Assembly: GCA_031402225.1 (NCBI GenBank)
Contig: JANNSD010000037.1
Location: 15,283-79,282, forward strand
DNA length: 64,000 bases
Origin: Gemmatimonadota bacterium
Lineage (GTDB): Bacteria; Gemmatimonadota; Gemmatimonadetes; Gemmatimonadales; GWC2-71-9
Direction of reading: 5' to 3'
Below the pieces are notes generated by a model. That model saw only the letters and a list, made by a program, of their open reading frames with translations, searched no databases and was not told where the DNA came from. Shown piece by piece: positions 8,411-18,642 of the stretch (the stretch's first letter is position 1; each line of letters starts with the position of its first letter). The position numbers and the translations under genes are program-made.

Positions 8411-10035
8411 GTGGCATTCCCAACATCCCGTCGCCGCGCAGCGAGCCGATTCTCTCCTATGCGCCGGGGTCCTCCGAGCGCGCCACGCTCAAGGCCGAAC
8501 TGGCCCGCTTGTCGGGTGAGGTGGCAGACATCCCGGCCATCGTGGGCGGGAAGGAAATCCGCAGCGGCGACGTCATCGATGTCACCTCACCCCACCGGCA
8601 CCGGCATGTCATCGCCCGGGCGCACCTCGCCACGGCCGACACGGTCCGGGCCGCCGCGAAGTCGGCCATCGAGTCGCAACGCGACTGGGCGGCGCTCCGG
8701 TTCGAGGACCGCGCGGCGGTGTTCCTCCGGGCGGCGGACATGCTTGCCACCACGCATCGCGCCCTGCTCAATGGCGCTACGATGCTGGGGCAGAGCAAGA
8801 CCGCATTCCAGGCGGAAATCGACAGTGCCTGCGAGTTGATCGATTTCTTCCGTTTCAACGTCGCCTATGCCGAGCGGCTGTACCGCGAGCAGCCGGAGTC
8901 ATCGCCCGGGGTGTGGAACCGGATGGAACACCGCCCGCTCGAGGGTTTCGTCTATGCGGTGACACCGTTCAACTTCACGGCGATCGGCGGGAACCTGCCG
9001 GGCGCCCCGGCGCTCATGGGCAACACGGCGGTGTGGAAGCCGTCGCATACTGCCCTGCTCAGCAATTACTACGTCTATCGCCTGCTGGAGACGGCGGGGC
9101 TGCCGCCCGGGGTCATCAACTTCGTGCCCGCCGAGCCGGTGATGTGCACGGCGACGCTGGTCGAGGAGCCGTATTTCGCCGGCGTCCATTTCACCGGGTC
9201 GACGGTGGTGTTCCGCCAGATCTGGCACCAGATCGCCAGCCGGCTGGACAAGTACGTCTCCTACCCGCGCATTGTGGGCGAGACCGGCGGCAAGGATTTC
9301 GTGGTGGCGCACCAGAGCGCCGACCCGGCCGCGGTGGCGGTAGGGCTGGTGCGGGGCGCGTACGAGTACCAGGGGCAGAAGTGCAGCGCCGCATCGCGCG
9401 CCTACATCCCGGACACCCTGTGGCCCGAGGTGCGCGACCGGGTGGTGGCGATGATCGTCGACCTCCGGATGGGCGACGTGGCCGACTTCCGGAACTTCAT
9501 GGGTGCCGTGATCGACCGGAAGGCGTTCGATCGCATCCGTGGCTACCTCGACGCGGCGAAGACGGCACCCGGCGTGAAGGTCATCGCAGGCGGCGGGTGC
9601 GACGACAAGGAGGGCTGGTTTGTCCAGCCCACCCTGGTCACCGCCGAGGACCCGAAGTACCGGCTCATGTGCGACGAGCTGTTCGGCCCGGTGATGACCG
9701 TGCACGTGTATCCGGCGGCGAAGTGGCGCGAGACGCTGCACCTCGTCAACAGCACGAGCCCCTATGCACTGACCGGGGCGGTGTTCGCCCGCGATCGGGC
9801 GGCGCTTGCCGAGGCGAGCCAGGTGCTGCGGAATGCCGCGGGCAACTTCTACCTCAACGACAAGCCGACGGGAGCGGTGGTGGGCCAGCAGCCGTTCGGC
9901 GGTGGACGCGCCAGTGGCACCAACGACAAGGCGGGATCGATCCTGAACCTGGTGCGCTGGGTATCGCCCCGCAGCATCAAGGAAACGCTCGTGTCGCCGA
10001 CGGACTACCGCTATCCGTACATGGGGGCTGAGTAG
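8407..10035 (+). CDS. pruA: L-glutamate gamma-semialdehyde (1-pyrroline-5-carboxylate) dehydrogenase
   Basis: 542-aa aldehyde dehydrogenase. The N-terminus IPNIPSPRSEPILSYAPGSSERATLKAEL and the ETGGKDF / catalytic-Cys region YQGQKCSAASR are typical of the PruA/ALDH4 type. Its ATG overlaps the upstream stop (ATGA at 8407-8410). Confidence 0.85.
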   Translation: MSGIPNIPSPRSEPILSYAPGSSERATLKAELARLSGEVADIPAIVGGKEIRSGDVIDVTSPHRHRHVIARAHLATADTVRAAAKSAIESQRDWAALRFEDRAAVFLRAADMLATTHRALLNGATMLGQSKTAFQAEIDSACELIDFFRFNVAYAERLYREQPESSPGVWNRMEHRPLEGFVYAVTPFNFTAIGGNLPGAPALMGNTAVWKPSHTALLSNYYVYRLLETAGLPPGVINFVPAEPVMCTATLVEEPYFAGVHFTGSTVVFRQIWHQIASRLDKYVSYPRIVGETGGKDFVVAHQSADPAAVAVGLVRGAYEYQGQKCSAASRAYIPDTLWPEVRDRVVAMIVDLRMGDVADFRNFMGAVIDRKAFDRIRGYLDAAKTAPGVKVIAGGGCDDKEGWFVQPTLVTAEDPKYRLMCDELFGPVMTVHVYPAAKWRETLHLVNSTSPYALTGAVFARDRAALAEASQVLRNAAGNFYLNDKPTGAVVGQQPFGGGRASGTNDKAGSILNLVRWVSPRSIKETLVSPTDYRYPYMGAE

Positions 10036-10041
10036 CAGGGC

Positions 10042-10113
10042 ACTGCAAGAGCGTGAGGAGGAACAGCAACTGCGTGAGGGGGAACAGCGACTGCGTGAGG
10101 AGTGAGGCGTGAG
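10042..10113 (+). repeat. Tandem 21-nt repeat decaying into GTGAGGN heptamers
   Basis: GCGTGAGGAGGAACAGCAACT (10051-10071) and GCGTGAGGGGGAACAGCGACT (10072-10092) match at 19/21 positions. They are followed by GCGTGAGGA GTGAGGC GTGAGAC. The array fills the pruA-to-next-gene spacer and contains the GAGGAG and GTG used as RBS and start of the next ORF. Confidence 0.9.
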
Positions 10114-10921
10114 ACGGTTCCCGGGCATCCTGATTGCGCTGCTTGCAACGACCACTCCGCTCTTTGCGCAGGTTCAGTTGGGTTATTCCGCCACCCAGAT
10201 GGCCTGCGCCCGCTTTCGTGAGTCGGTCCGCAGCGACCTCACCCTCCAGACCGCCGGCCGCACCGCATCGGCCAACTCCGGGCGCGACAGCCATCTCGTC
10301 ATGGCCGTGATGGCGTCACCCACTCCTCCCCGCCTGCTGTTCGTCGCCTGGTTTGATTCCCTGCGCGTGTGGCGCAGCGCGGGCGGCAACCGGGTCGAGC
10401 CCGATGCATCCGGGGTGCTCGGCGGGCGCTACCGGGGCGAGCTGCTACCCGACGGCAGCACGGTGACGCAGGTGGTTCCGTTCGTTCCGCAGGCGGTGCT
10501 CGAGGTGACCGAGCTGGCGGGCGTGCTTGACGACATGCTGCCTCGCCTGCCGCCACGGGTGCTGCAGCATGGCGAGGAGTGGCGGAGCGGGGATACCCTG
10601 GCCATCAGGCGATTGAGCGACAGCGCCAGCCTGCAGCGCTATCGCATCCAGCTTTCGCGCCAGGGCACTGTTCCGCCGCCCGCCGGTGATACGCTGACCC
10701 CAACCTACAGCCGCATGCTCAGCGATCGTGGCGTTGCGGCCTGGGACCCGGTGCGCGGGCCCATGCGCTATGACCATGCGATCGCGGTCGAGGCCAGTGT
10801 GCCGGTGGGTGGGGCGATCCGCAGCCCCGCGCGCTCGCTGGTCCAGCAGCAGATCGTGCTCGAGCGCCGGCCCGACCCTCCACTCGATTCCTGCCCGCCC
10901 TCGCTCTTCGCGGAGTACTAG
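10109..10921 (+). CDS. Secreted hypothetical protein
   Basis: 270 aa with a GTG start. The signal peptide is MRRFPGILIALLATTTPLFA/QVQ. I recognise no family. Its stop shares the palindrome CTAG (10918-10921) with the pqqE stop. Confidence 0.55.
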   Translation: MRRFPGILIALLATTTPLFAQVQLGYSATQMACARFRESVRSDLTLQTAGRTASANSGRDSHLVMAVMASPTPPRLLFVAWFDSLRVWRSAGGNRVEPDASGVLGGRYRGELLPDGSTVTQVVPFVPQAVLEVTELAGVLDDMLPRLPPRVLQHGEEWRSGDTLAIRRLSDSASLQRYRIQLSRQGTVPPPAGDTLTPTYSRMLSDRGVAAWDPVRGPMRYDHAIAVEASVPVGGAIRSPARSLVQQQIVLERRPDPPLDSCPPSLFAEY

Positions 10922-12015
10922 CGGCCGGCCGGCTGGGGCTCGCTCGACGGCCTGCGGTAGGTGAAGGGCGTGCTCGCGTTCGCGTCCGCCAGCGCGGCGG
11001 TGATCAGCTGATGGTGCGGGCTCAGGGTGCAGATCGGGTCGGCCATCGCCCCGTCGCCGGTGAGGGCAAATGCCTGGCAACGGCAGCCGCCAAAGTCGAC
11101 GCATTTCCGCTCGCAGCTGGCGCAGGGTTCCTTCATCCAGCTGTCGCCGCGATACACCCCGAACAGTGGTGACTCCTGCCAGATCCACTCCAGGGAATGC
11201 TCCCGCACGCTGGGGAACGCGATGTTGGTGAAGTTCGTGGCGCCATGGCAGGGCAGCGCCTTCCCGTCCGGCGTGACAACGATGTAGACCTTGCCCCAGC
11301 CGCCGTAGCAGGCCTTGGGATATTCCTCGTAGTAATCCGGCAGCACGAAGATGATCTGCATCTTGCCGCGATGGGCCTGCTTGGCCCGCTCGGCGACCTC
11401 GAAGGCACGATCCACTTGCTCGCGCGTGGGCATGAGCGCGTCCCGGTTGACCAGGCCCCAGCCGTAATACTGGGTGTTGGCCAGCTCCAGCCGGTCGGCA
11501 CCCATCTCGCTGGCCAGGTCGATGATCTCCTGGATGCGATCGAGGTTGGCCTTGTGCAGCACCACGTTCACCGAGAACGCAAAGCCGAGTTCGCGCACCA
11601 GGGCGGCGGCGGCACGCTTCTGCTTCACCGACCGGACGCCAGCAATGCGCTCGGCGTTGTCGTCGTCGGCGTCCTGCAGCGAGACCTGGATGTGCTCGAG
11701 CCCCGCCTCGCGGAACTTCTCGGCCCGGGCACGGGTGAGGCCGAGACCGGAGGTGACGAGCGTGCTGTAGAGGCCCACGCTCCGGGCATGCGCGGCCAGT
11801 TCCTCGGTGTCCTTCCGCACGAGCGGCTCGCCACCCGACAGGCCCAGCTGGAGCACGCCCAGCGCCCGGGCCTGGGTGATGACCCGCTTCCAGTCGTCGG
11901 TGGAGATCTCGCGCTCGGCGCGCACCAGGTCGAGTGGATTGGAGCAGTAGGGGCAGTGCAGCGGGCAGCGGTGCGTCAGCTCCGCCAGCAGGGTGGTCGG
12001 GCGTTCACTGGTCAC
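10918..12015 (-). CDS. pqqE: PQQ biosynthesis radical SAM protein PqqE
   Basis: 365 aa. LLAELTHRCPLHCPYCSNPLDL carries the CxxxCxxC radical-SAM motif in the canonical PqqE context. A C-terminal SPASM-like Cys cluster is present. It is the last gene of the pqqABCDE order. Confidence 0.92.
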   Translation of the reverse strand: MTSERPTTLLAELTHRCPLHCPYCSNPLDLVRAEREISTDDWKRVITQARALGVLQLGLSGGEPLVRKDTEELAAHARSVGLYSTLVTSGLGLTRARAEKFREAGLEHIQVSLQDADDDNAERIAGVRSVKQKRAAAALVRELGFAFSVNVVLHKANLDRIQEIIDLASEMGADRLELANTQYYGWGLVNRDALMPTREQVDRAFEVAERAKQAHRGKMQIIFVLPDYYEEYPKACYGGWGKVYIVVTPDGKALPCHGATNFTNIAFPSVREHSLEWIWQESPLFGVYRGDSWMKEPCASCERKCVDFGGCRCQAFALTGDGAMADPICTLSPHHQLITAALADANASTPFTYRRPSSEPQPAGR

Positions 12016-12292
12016 GGATCAGCTCCCGGGCGGCCAGGGTGGACAGGTAGGCCGTCACATCGTTGAGGATCTGGATCGGGTCGGCACTTCCGGCGCCGTT
12101 GTACTGCTCGCTCAGTACGCGCGCGATGTCGCCCACGCTGCGCTGCCCGTCCACGAGCTTGAGGATCGCCGCCCCGGTGTCGTTGAGCAGCACCGCGCCC
12201 TCGGGATAGAGGAGAACGGGTCGCTTGCGCACGTCGTCGTATTCGACACGCGCGAGGCGCCAGATCGAGGGAACGCTAGTCGCGGTAAGCAT
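12005..12292 (-). CDS. pqqD: PQQ biosynthesis peptide chaperone PqqD
   Basis: 95 aa. The sequence (RPVLLYPEGAVLLNDTGAAILKLVDGQRSVGDI) and its position between pqqC and pqqE, overlapping both, fit PqqD. Confidence 0.88.
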   Translation of the reverse strand: MLTATSVPSIWRLARVEYDDVRKRPVLLYPEGAVLLNDTGAAILKLVDGQRSVGDIARVLSEQYNGAGSADPIQILNDVTAYLSTLAARELIRDQ

Positions 12293-13025
12293 GATAGATC
12301 GTGTCGATCATGGCCCAGAGCATCTCCAGCTTGAAGGCGAGCGCCTCGAACGCCATCCGCTGCGTCTCCACCGTGGTGCAGTGCTCCTGCACGATGGCGA
12401 GGCCATGCTTCACGTCCCGCGGCGCCTGGACCAGCCGACTCCTGAAGTAATCGAGCGCCTCGGGCGGGATCCAGGGATAGTGCACCGGGAACGACTCGAT
12501 GCGCTGGGCATGGATCTTCGGGGCAAAGAGCTCGGTGAGTGACGAGGCACAGGCCTGCACCCATGGCTTCGACTTGCAGAACCACACGTACGACTCGCAG
12601 ATGAGCCGCACCGACGGCAGCACATGCCTCTCGTCCTCCATCTCCTCGCGGGGCACGCCCAGCGCCACGCCGAGGCGGATCCAGAGTTCGATGCCACCCT
12701 CGCCGGCGCGCGTGCCGTCGTGATCGATGATGCGCTGGATCCACTCTCGGCGCACCGCGGCATCGGGGCAGTTCGAGAGGATCGCCCCGTCCTTCCGCGG
12801 TACCACGCGCTGGTACGCCAGCCGGTTGGCCACCCATCCCTGGAACTGCCGCGGCGTGAGCTTCCCGGCGTACATGTCGCGATGGAACGGGTGCTCGACG
12901 TAATACGAGCCCTGGAAGGCGCGCAGCGCGGCCTCCAGCTCCGCCGGGCTCAGCGGACGGTCGAGCGTGGGGATCACGCCCCGGGGGGCGGACGACAGTG
13001 CGGATGCCACAAGTGTTTCGGTCAC
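12276..13025 (-). CDS. pqqC: Pyrroloquinoline-quinone synthase PqqC
   Basis: 249 aa. HPFHRDMYAGKLTPRQFQGWVANRLAYQ is typical of PqqC (TenA/haem-oxygenase-like fold). It sits at the expected operon position. Confidence 0.9.
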   Translation of the reverse strand: MTETLVASALSSAPRGVIPTLDRPLSPAELEAALRAFQGSYYVEHPFHRDMYAGKLTPRQFQGWVANRLAYQRVVPRKDGAILSNCPDAAVRREWIQRIIDHDGTRAGEGGIELWIRLGVALGVPREEMEDERHVLPSVRLICESYVWFCKSKPWVQACASSLTELFAPKIHAQRIESFPVHYPWIPPEALDYFRSRLVQAPRDVKHGLAIVQEHCTTVETQRMAFEALAFKLEMLWAMIDTIYHAYRD

Positions 13026-13975
13026 AGGTCGAACCTCATGCCATCCATGCCCACGAGGAGCCCGGCTGCCTCGACCGCGCGACGCTCGGCGGAGTCCTCC
13101 AGCAGGACCGGATTGGTATTGTTGATGTGCACATACACCCGATGGCGGCTCGGCAGCGTGCTCAGGCGCTCGAGGCTGCCCCCACGCCCGCTCATCGGCA
13201 GGTGGTCGAGCTGCAGCGCGGTGCGTTCGCCGATCCCGAGCCGGATGAGTTCATCGTTGGACCAGAAGGTGCCATCGAAGAGAATCATCGCGCTTCCCGC
13301 CAGCCGCGCAAGCAGGGCATCGTCAATGGCGCCACAGCCCGGGAGGTACGCGCAACGTGTGCCCGTTGCCGTCTCCGTGATGATCAGGCCCACGGTGTGT
13401 CCCGCTTCATTCCGCGCCGCGAATCGCGGTGGATCGGCGGCCACGATGATCGGATCGACCGATAGCCCCGCGTCGGCGCCGTCACGCAGCGTCAGCCGGG
13501 TCGCCCTGCCGACCTGCAGCCGCGTGACGCGCACGTCGGCGAAGGCCCGCGCAACGGACAGGAGCCGCGAGTCCTCGGTGACCATGCGCTCCACGGCCTC
13601 CGTCGCATACACCTGCAGGGACCGACCCTCGCGCAGGAGCACCAGCCCCAGGGAATGATCGAGTTCCGCGTCGGTGAGGACGACGCCCTCGATGGGCACG
13701 TGGCGATGACCGGCCGGCGGATGGCCGTTGAGCTGCTGCACCTGGTCCCGGACGTCGGGTGACGCATTCAGGAGGAACCAGTGTGACCCGTCAGCACTGA
13801 CGGCGGTTGACGACTGGGATCGCGGGAGGGCAGCGCGTGGATCGAGGCGTGCGGCACGACAGGTAGGACACCAGCAATTCCACTGCGGGAATCCGCCACC
13901 TGCAGCCGTTCCCAGCAGTATGACTTGCACCTGGAAAAGCGCCGAGGGCCCGCTTGCGCGAGCCCTCGGCGTCAA
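13022..13975 (-). CDS. pqqB: PQQ biosynthesis protein PqqB (metallo-beta-lactamase fold)
   Basis: The segment ILLGTAAGGGFPQWNCWCPTC is the conserved PqqB N-terminus. The ATG at 13975 lies 9 nt after the pqqA stop. An alternative GTG start at 13930 cannot be excluded. Confidence 0.88.
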   Translation of the reverse strand: MTPRARASGPSALFQVQVILLGTAAGGGFPQWNCWCPTCRAARLDPRAALPRSQSSTAVSADGSHWFLLNASPDVRDQVQQLNGHPPAGHRHVPIEGVVLTDAELDHSLGLVLLREGRSLQVYATEAVERMVTEDSRLLSVARAFADVRVTRLQVGRATRLTLRDGADAGLSVDPIIVAADPPRFAARNEAGHTVGLIITETATGTRCAYLPGCGAIDDALLARLAGSAMILFDGTFWSNDELIRLGIGERTALQLDHLPMSGRGGSLERLSTLPSRHRVYVHINNTNPVLLEDSAERRAVEAAGLLVGMDGMRFDL

Positions 13976-13984
13976 TCCTGCTGC

Positions 13985-14059
13985 TTACAGGGTCGCGACG
14001 TAAGCGGTGACTTCCATCGTAACGGCGACGATTTCGGCCTCGGGCTTGGTCCAGCGCAT
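13985..14059 (-). CDS. pqqA: PQQ precursor peptide PqqA (24 aa)
   Basis: MRWTKPEAEIVAVTMEVTAYVATL contains the W-x-KP start and the E-x-x-x-Y (EVTAY) cross-linking pair of PqqA. GGAG lies 5-6 nt upstream of ATG 14059. It appears only as the tail of the spurious track ORF 13985..14578. Confidence 0.9.
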   Translation of the reverse strand: MRWTKPEAEIVAVTMEVTAYVATL

Positions 14060-14119
14060 GGTAGCTCCAATGTGGTGAGTGAATGGGACCATCATCTTCT
14101 CTCTGCACCACACGCTTTC

Positions 14120-14134
14120 GCAGGTGTCGTGCCG
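14120..14134 (-). promoter_or_regulatory. Candidate sigma-54 (-24/-12) promoter for pqqA
   Basis: The minus strand reads cGGCACGacacCTGCg, against the consensus TGGCACG-N4-TTGC. The invariant GG (14133-14132) and GC (14121-14120) have the correct spacing. The site lies about 60 nt upstream of the pqqA ATG. Confidence 0.45.
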
Positions 14135-14187
14135 CGTCAATCGGTCGCCGGTTCCCAGTGCTGCAAGATGTTGTATTACAGCAACTT

Positions 14188-14218
14188 GAACAGCGTGAGG
14201 AGTGAGGGGTGAGGAGGG
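14188..14218 (+). repeat. GTGAGGN heptamer array, same family as 10082-10113
   Basis: GAACAGC GTGAGGA GTGAGGG GTGAGGA GGG. The same GAACAGCG...GTGAGGAGTGAGG(C/G)GTGAG string occurs at 10082-10113. Confidence 0.85.
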
Positions 14219-14234
14219 CGTATTTTCTCGATCT

Positions 14235-14250
14235 TGGGTGTTGCCACCCA
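14235..14250. promoter_or_regulatory. Perfect palindrome TGGGTG-TTGC-CACCCA (possible enhancer-binding site or terminator stem)
   Basis: 6-bp inverted repeat with a 4-nt spacer. It lies about 100-115 bp upstream of the candidate sigma-54 promoter and 16 nt past the stop of the NtrC-type regulator gene. Confidence 0.3.
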
Positions 14251-14265
14251 CCCGATTGGGTCTTC

Positions 14266-15647
<1,382 letters not shown>

Positions 15648-15651
<4 letters not shown>

Positions 15652-17252
15652 GCGTCCCCGGCGCTGGCGGCGGGGGCGGCGGGAAAACGGATGCCCACCG
15701 TCGTTCCCTGGCCGATCGTGCTGCTGATCTCGAGCGTGCCGCCATTCTGCTCCACGAACCGCTTCGCGATGGCGAGACCCAGCCCCGTCCCCTCCGGGCG
15801 GGTGGTGAAGAACGGGTCGCACACGGACGGCAGGACCGCCGCGGGAATGCCCTTGCCGGTGTCGGCAACCTCCACGATCACGGTCTGGCGGTCGTCGCTG
15901 GCGCGCGCCGCCAGCCCCAGGGTGCCGCCGGCCGGCATCGCGTCGAGGGCGTTGGCGATGAGCTCATGCATGGTCTGCTCCACCTTCATCGGATCGAGCA
16001 TGGTGTCGGGCAGGTCCTGGGGGAGGTCGGTCTGCAGCGTGACCGCCCGGTCCGGCAGGAGGCGGTTGAGGGCGGGCACCAGTCCGGCCACGAGCGCGGC
16101 CAGGTTCTCGCGCATCGGGTGCAGTGGCGCCGGGCGCGAGAAGGTGAGCAGGTGCGTGATCCGCTTGTCGAGCCGGTCCACCTCGCCGATCATCGACTCG
16201 AGCGACTCCCGCGCCGCGGGGGAGTCGGGGTGCCGCAGCGCAAGTTGGGCCGACGCGCGAAGGCTCGCCAGCGGATTCCGGAGCCCATGGGCCACGCCGG
16301 CGGCCATCTGGCCCACCGACGCCAGCTTTTCCTGCTCCACCAGTTGTGCCTGGGCCGCCTCGAGCTGGTCGATCTTCGCCGCCAGCTCCGCGTTGACGTG
16401 CACCAGATCGGTGCGGGATTGCCGGAGATTCGCGGTCATCTGCTGGAAGCTCCGGGCGAGATCGCCGATCTCGTCGCCGGAGCGCGGCGTGATCGGGTGG
16501 TCGAGGTCGCCGCTGCCCACCACGGTCATCGCCTGACGCAGTTCGTCGATGGGCCGCGCCAGGCTCCGCGCGATCAGCCACGCGCCGGTCAGGCCAGCCA
16601 CCACCGAGAGCAGCAGGATCCAGAAGAGCAGCGTGCGCTCACGGTTCACGATCTCCGCGACCTTGCTGAAGGCGCGGGAGACGCTGAACTCGCGCGCCTT
16701 CCGGTAGATCTGGTGGTTCATCTCGGTGAGCGCCGGCAGCAGCCGCTCCTTGAGCTGTCCCTTGGTGAACGCGTAGGCCTCGGCGCGCCGGTCCAGGTCT
16801 TCGAGGGCGAACACGCTGTCCGCGACCAGACGGATTTCCGCCTCGATGCGTCGCACGCCCTCGGCGAGTTCGCGCTCGTCGGGCTGGAGCTCGCTGCCCC
16901 ACCGGTCGAGCCAGTAGTCCACCACCTGGCTCGAGAGCGCGAACTCCTGGCGCGCACGGGGCTCCATGCCGCTCAGCGAGCGCCAGATCACCTCACTCTG
17001 GTCGAACATCGCGGTCTCGACCTCGGAATACGTCCGGGTGCGGGTCAGGCTCTCGCCCAGCGTTTCCAGCGCCCGGCGCTCCAGGGCGTTACTGCGGATC
17101 GCCTCGGCGCCCACCAGCAGCACCGGGAGCACCATGAGCCCGAAGCCAAGCAGGAGTTTCTGCTGGAACCTCATGGCATACGACGGGACGGCGAATCCGG
17201 CATGGCCGGGAATATAGGGCCCGGCCGGGGTGTCGTGAGCCGGGTGTGCCAT
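15648..17252 (-). CDS. Sensor histidine kinase (TM - periplasmic domain - HAMP - HisKA - HATPase)
   Basis: The HAMP region is ARSLARPIDELRQAMTVVGSGDLDHP...IGDLARSFQQM. The H-box is AAGVAHGLRNPLASL, and G-boxes DTGKGI and GTGLGLAI are present. An alternative start is ATG 17174 (MRFQQKLLLGFG...). Confidence 0.88.
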
Positions 17253-17439
17253 CAGGAACAGCCGAGCGTCACGACAGTGACTCGATTGTGTAACTCCACG
17301 TCTCCCAAGGTCGGCGGAGGAGCGGCAAGCCTTTCCCTTTGTTGGCGATAGATATTTCGAGACGGTAACGGCCTAAACTCTTGCCCGGCGGGCCACCTGT
17401 CCGTAATATTGACCAACCCGCACGGGAGGCCCGCTGCCG

Positions 17440-18555
17440 ATGTCGGATGCATTCCGTAGCTCCGACGAGTTCGACGAACAGGCCCACCAGCTCTATAACG
17501 AGGGATCGTACGAGGAAGCACTCGCGCTGTTGCGTGAGGGACTCTCCCTGTACCCCAATGCGGTGGAACTGCACGTCGGCTCCGCGTACGCCCATCTCGC
17601 CCGCGAGGATTACGCGTGGGCCCGCCGCAGCTTCGAAACCGCGATCGCGCTCGACCCCGACAACGAGGATGCCCTGGCAGGCCTCGGCGAGGCGCTGCTC
17701 AAGCTTGGCGACCGGGCGGGAGCGCTCCGCGCCTACGAGCGGATCGTGACGCTGGGGTTCCGTGAGGATCTCGAGCTCATGCTGCAGCTGGGGCGTGCCT
17801 GTTTTCGTGAAGGCCTGCTGGCGCAGGCCCACCGGTACTTCGAGCTTGCGGTCACCGCGCACGGTGAGTCGCCGGAGGCGGCGGCGTGCCTCGGCTACGC
17901 CTCCCACCGGCTGGGCAACGATCCCGGTGCCCTCTTCTGGATCCGGCGCGCGCTGGAGCTCGAGCCGCAGTATCCCGAGGCACGCATCTATCTGGCGAAC
18001 ATGCTCTACGATCGCGGCGAGACGGAAGCGGCGCTGCATCATCTCGAGCGCACCGAGCCTGACGACCACTACGACGAGCTCGGCCTGTGGCGGTGCATCG
18101 AGCTCAAGAAGACGGTCTACCGCCTGCCCGATGATGACCTCGAGCTGGCACCGTGGTACAGCCGCCTGGGCGAGGTGGCCGGCGAGCCCGATGCGATCGA
18201 CATGCTGCTGGCCGAGATCGAGGCGCAGCAGCCCGATGGCACGGTGCGCGACCCGCACCAACTCGAGCTCTTCGGCACCTTGCTGACGGAGCTGCAGGCG
18301 ATGCAGCGGCGGCCTGGCGGCGACGGGCATCACGTGGCGACGCTGGCAGGACACTCCTTCCGCGGCACGTGGGACGAGATCCTGGCCCAGATGAAGGACG
18401 CCGAGCCTGAGTGGGCCGATGCGCCGATGAGCGAGTTCATGGCGAACCTGGCCCGGCGTGGCCGGACCGAAACCGGCATCGTCATTCCCCTCACGGATGC
18501 GGAAGCGTTCATCCGCGGCAGCTCGGAAGCTGGGGTGCTGCGGATCCTGCACTGA
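17440..18555 (+). CDS. Tetratricopeptide-repeat protein
   Basis: 371 aa. The N-terminal half has several TPR-like units (EEALALLREGLSLYPNAVELH, ARRSFETAIALDPDNEDAL, ALRAYERIV...). I do not recognise the C-terminal ~150 aa. Confidence 0.7.
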   Translation: MSDAFRSSDEFDEQAHQLYNEGSYEEALALLREGLSLYPNAVELHVGSAYAHLAREDYAWARRSFETAIALDPDNEDALAGLGEALLKLGDRAGALRAYERIVTLGFREDLELMLQLGRACFREGLLAQAHRYFELAVTAHGESPEAAACLGYASHRLGNDPGALFWIRRALELEPQYPEARIYLANMLYDRGETEAALHHLERTEPDDHYDELGLWRCIELKKTVYRLPDDDLELAPWYSRLGEVAGEPDAIDMLLAEIEAQQPDGTVRDPHQLELFGTLLTELQAMQRRPGGDGHHVATLAGHSFRGTWDEILAQMKDAEPEWADAPMSEFMANLARRGRTETGIVIPLTDAEAFIRGSSEAGVLRILH

Positions 18556-18556
18556 C

Positions 18557-18630
18557 ACGGGAGACGGGAGACGGAAGACGGGAGACGTCTCCCCTCTCCC
18601 CTCTCCCGTCTCCCGTCTACCGTCTCCCGT
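18557..18630 (+). repeat. Heptamer-array palindromic element: (ACGGGAG)x4 facing (TCTCCCN)x6
   Basis: ACGGGAGACGGGAGACGGAAGACGGGAGACG | TCTCCCCTCTCCCCTCTCCCGTCTCCCGTCTACCGTCTCCCGT. Pairing the outer 29 positions gives 27 Watson-Crick pairs. It fills the whole spacer between the TPR stop (18555) and the M16 start (18643). Confidence 0.9.
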
Positions 18631-18642
18631 TATTCTTTCACC

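Noticed and set aside
10918-10921. Convergent genes sharing the palindrome CTAG as stop codon on both strands
   Set aside because: It is real but trivial. It is a chance consequence of TAG being self-overlapping in CTAG, and no functional inference is warranted.
18557-18630. CRISPR-like reading of the heptamer arrays (also 31645-31738, 10042-10113 and 29403-29434)
   Set aside because: The period is 7-8 nt (21 nt at most) with no unique spacers, the arrays are under 100 nt, and no cas genes are present. They are tandem-repeat hairpins, not CRISPR.
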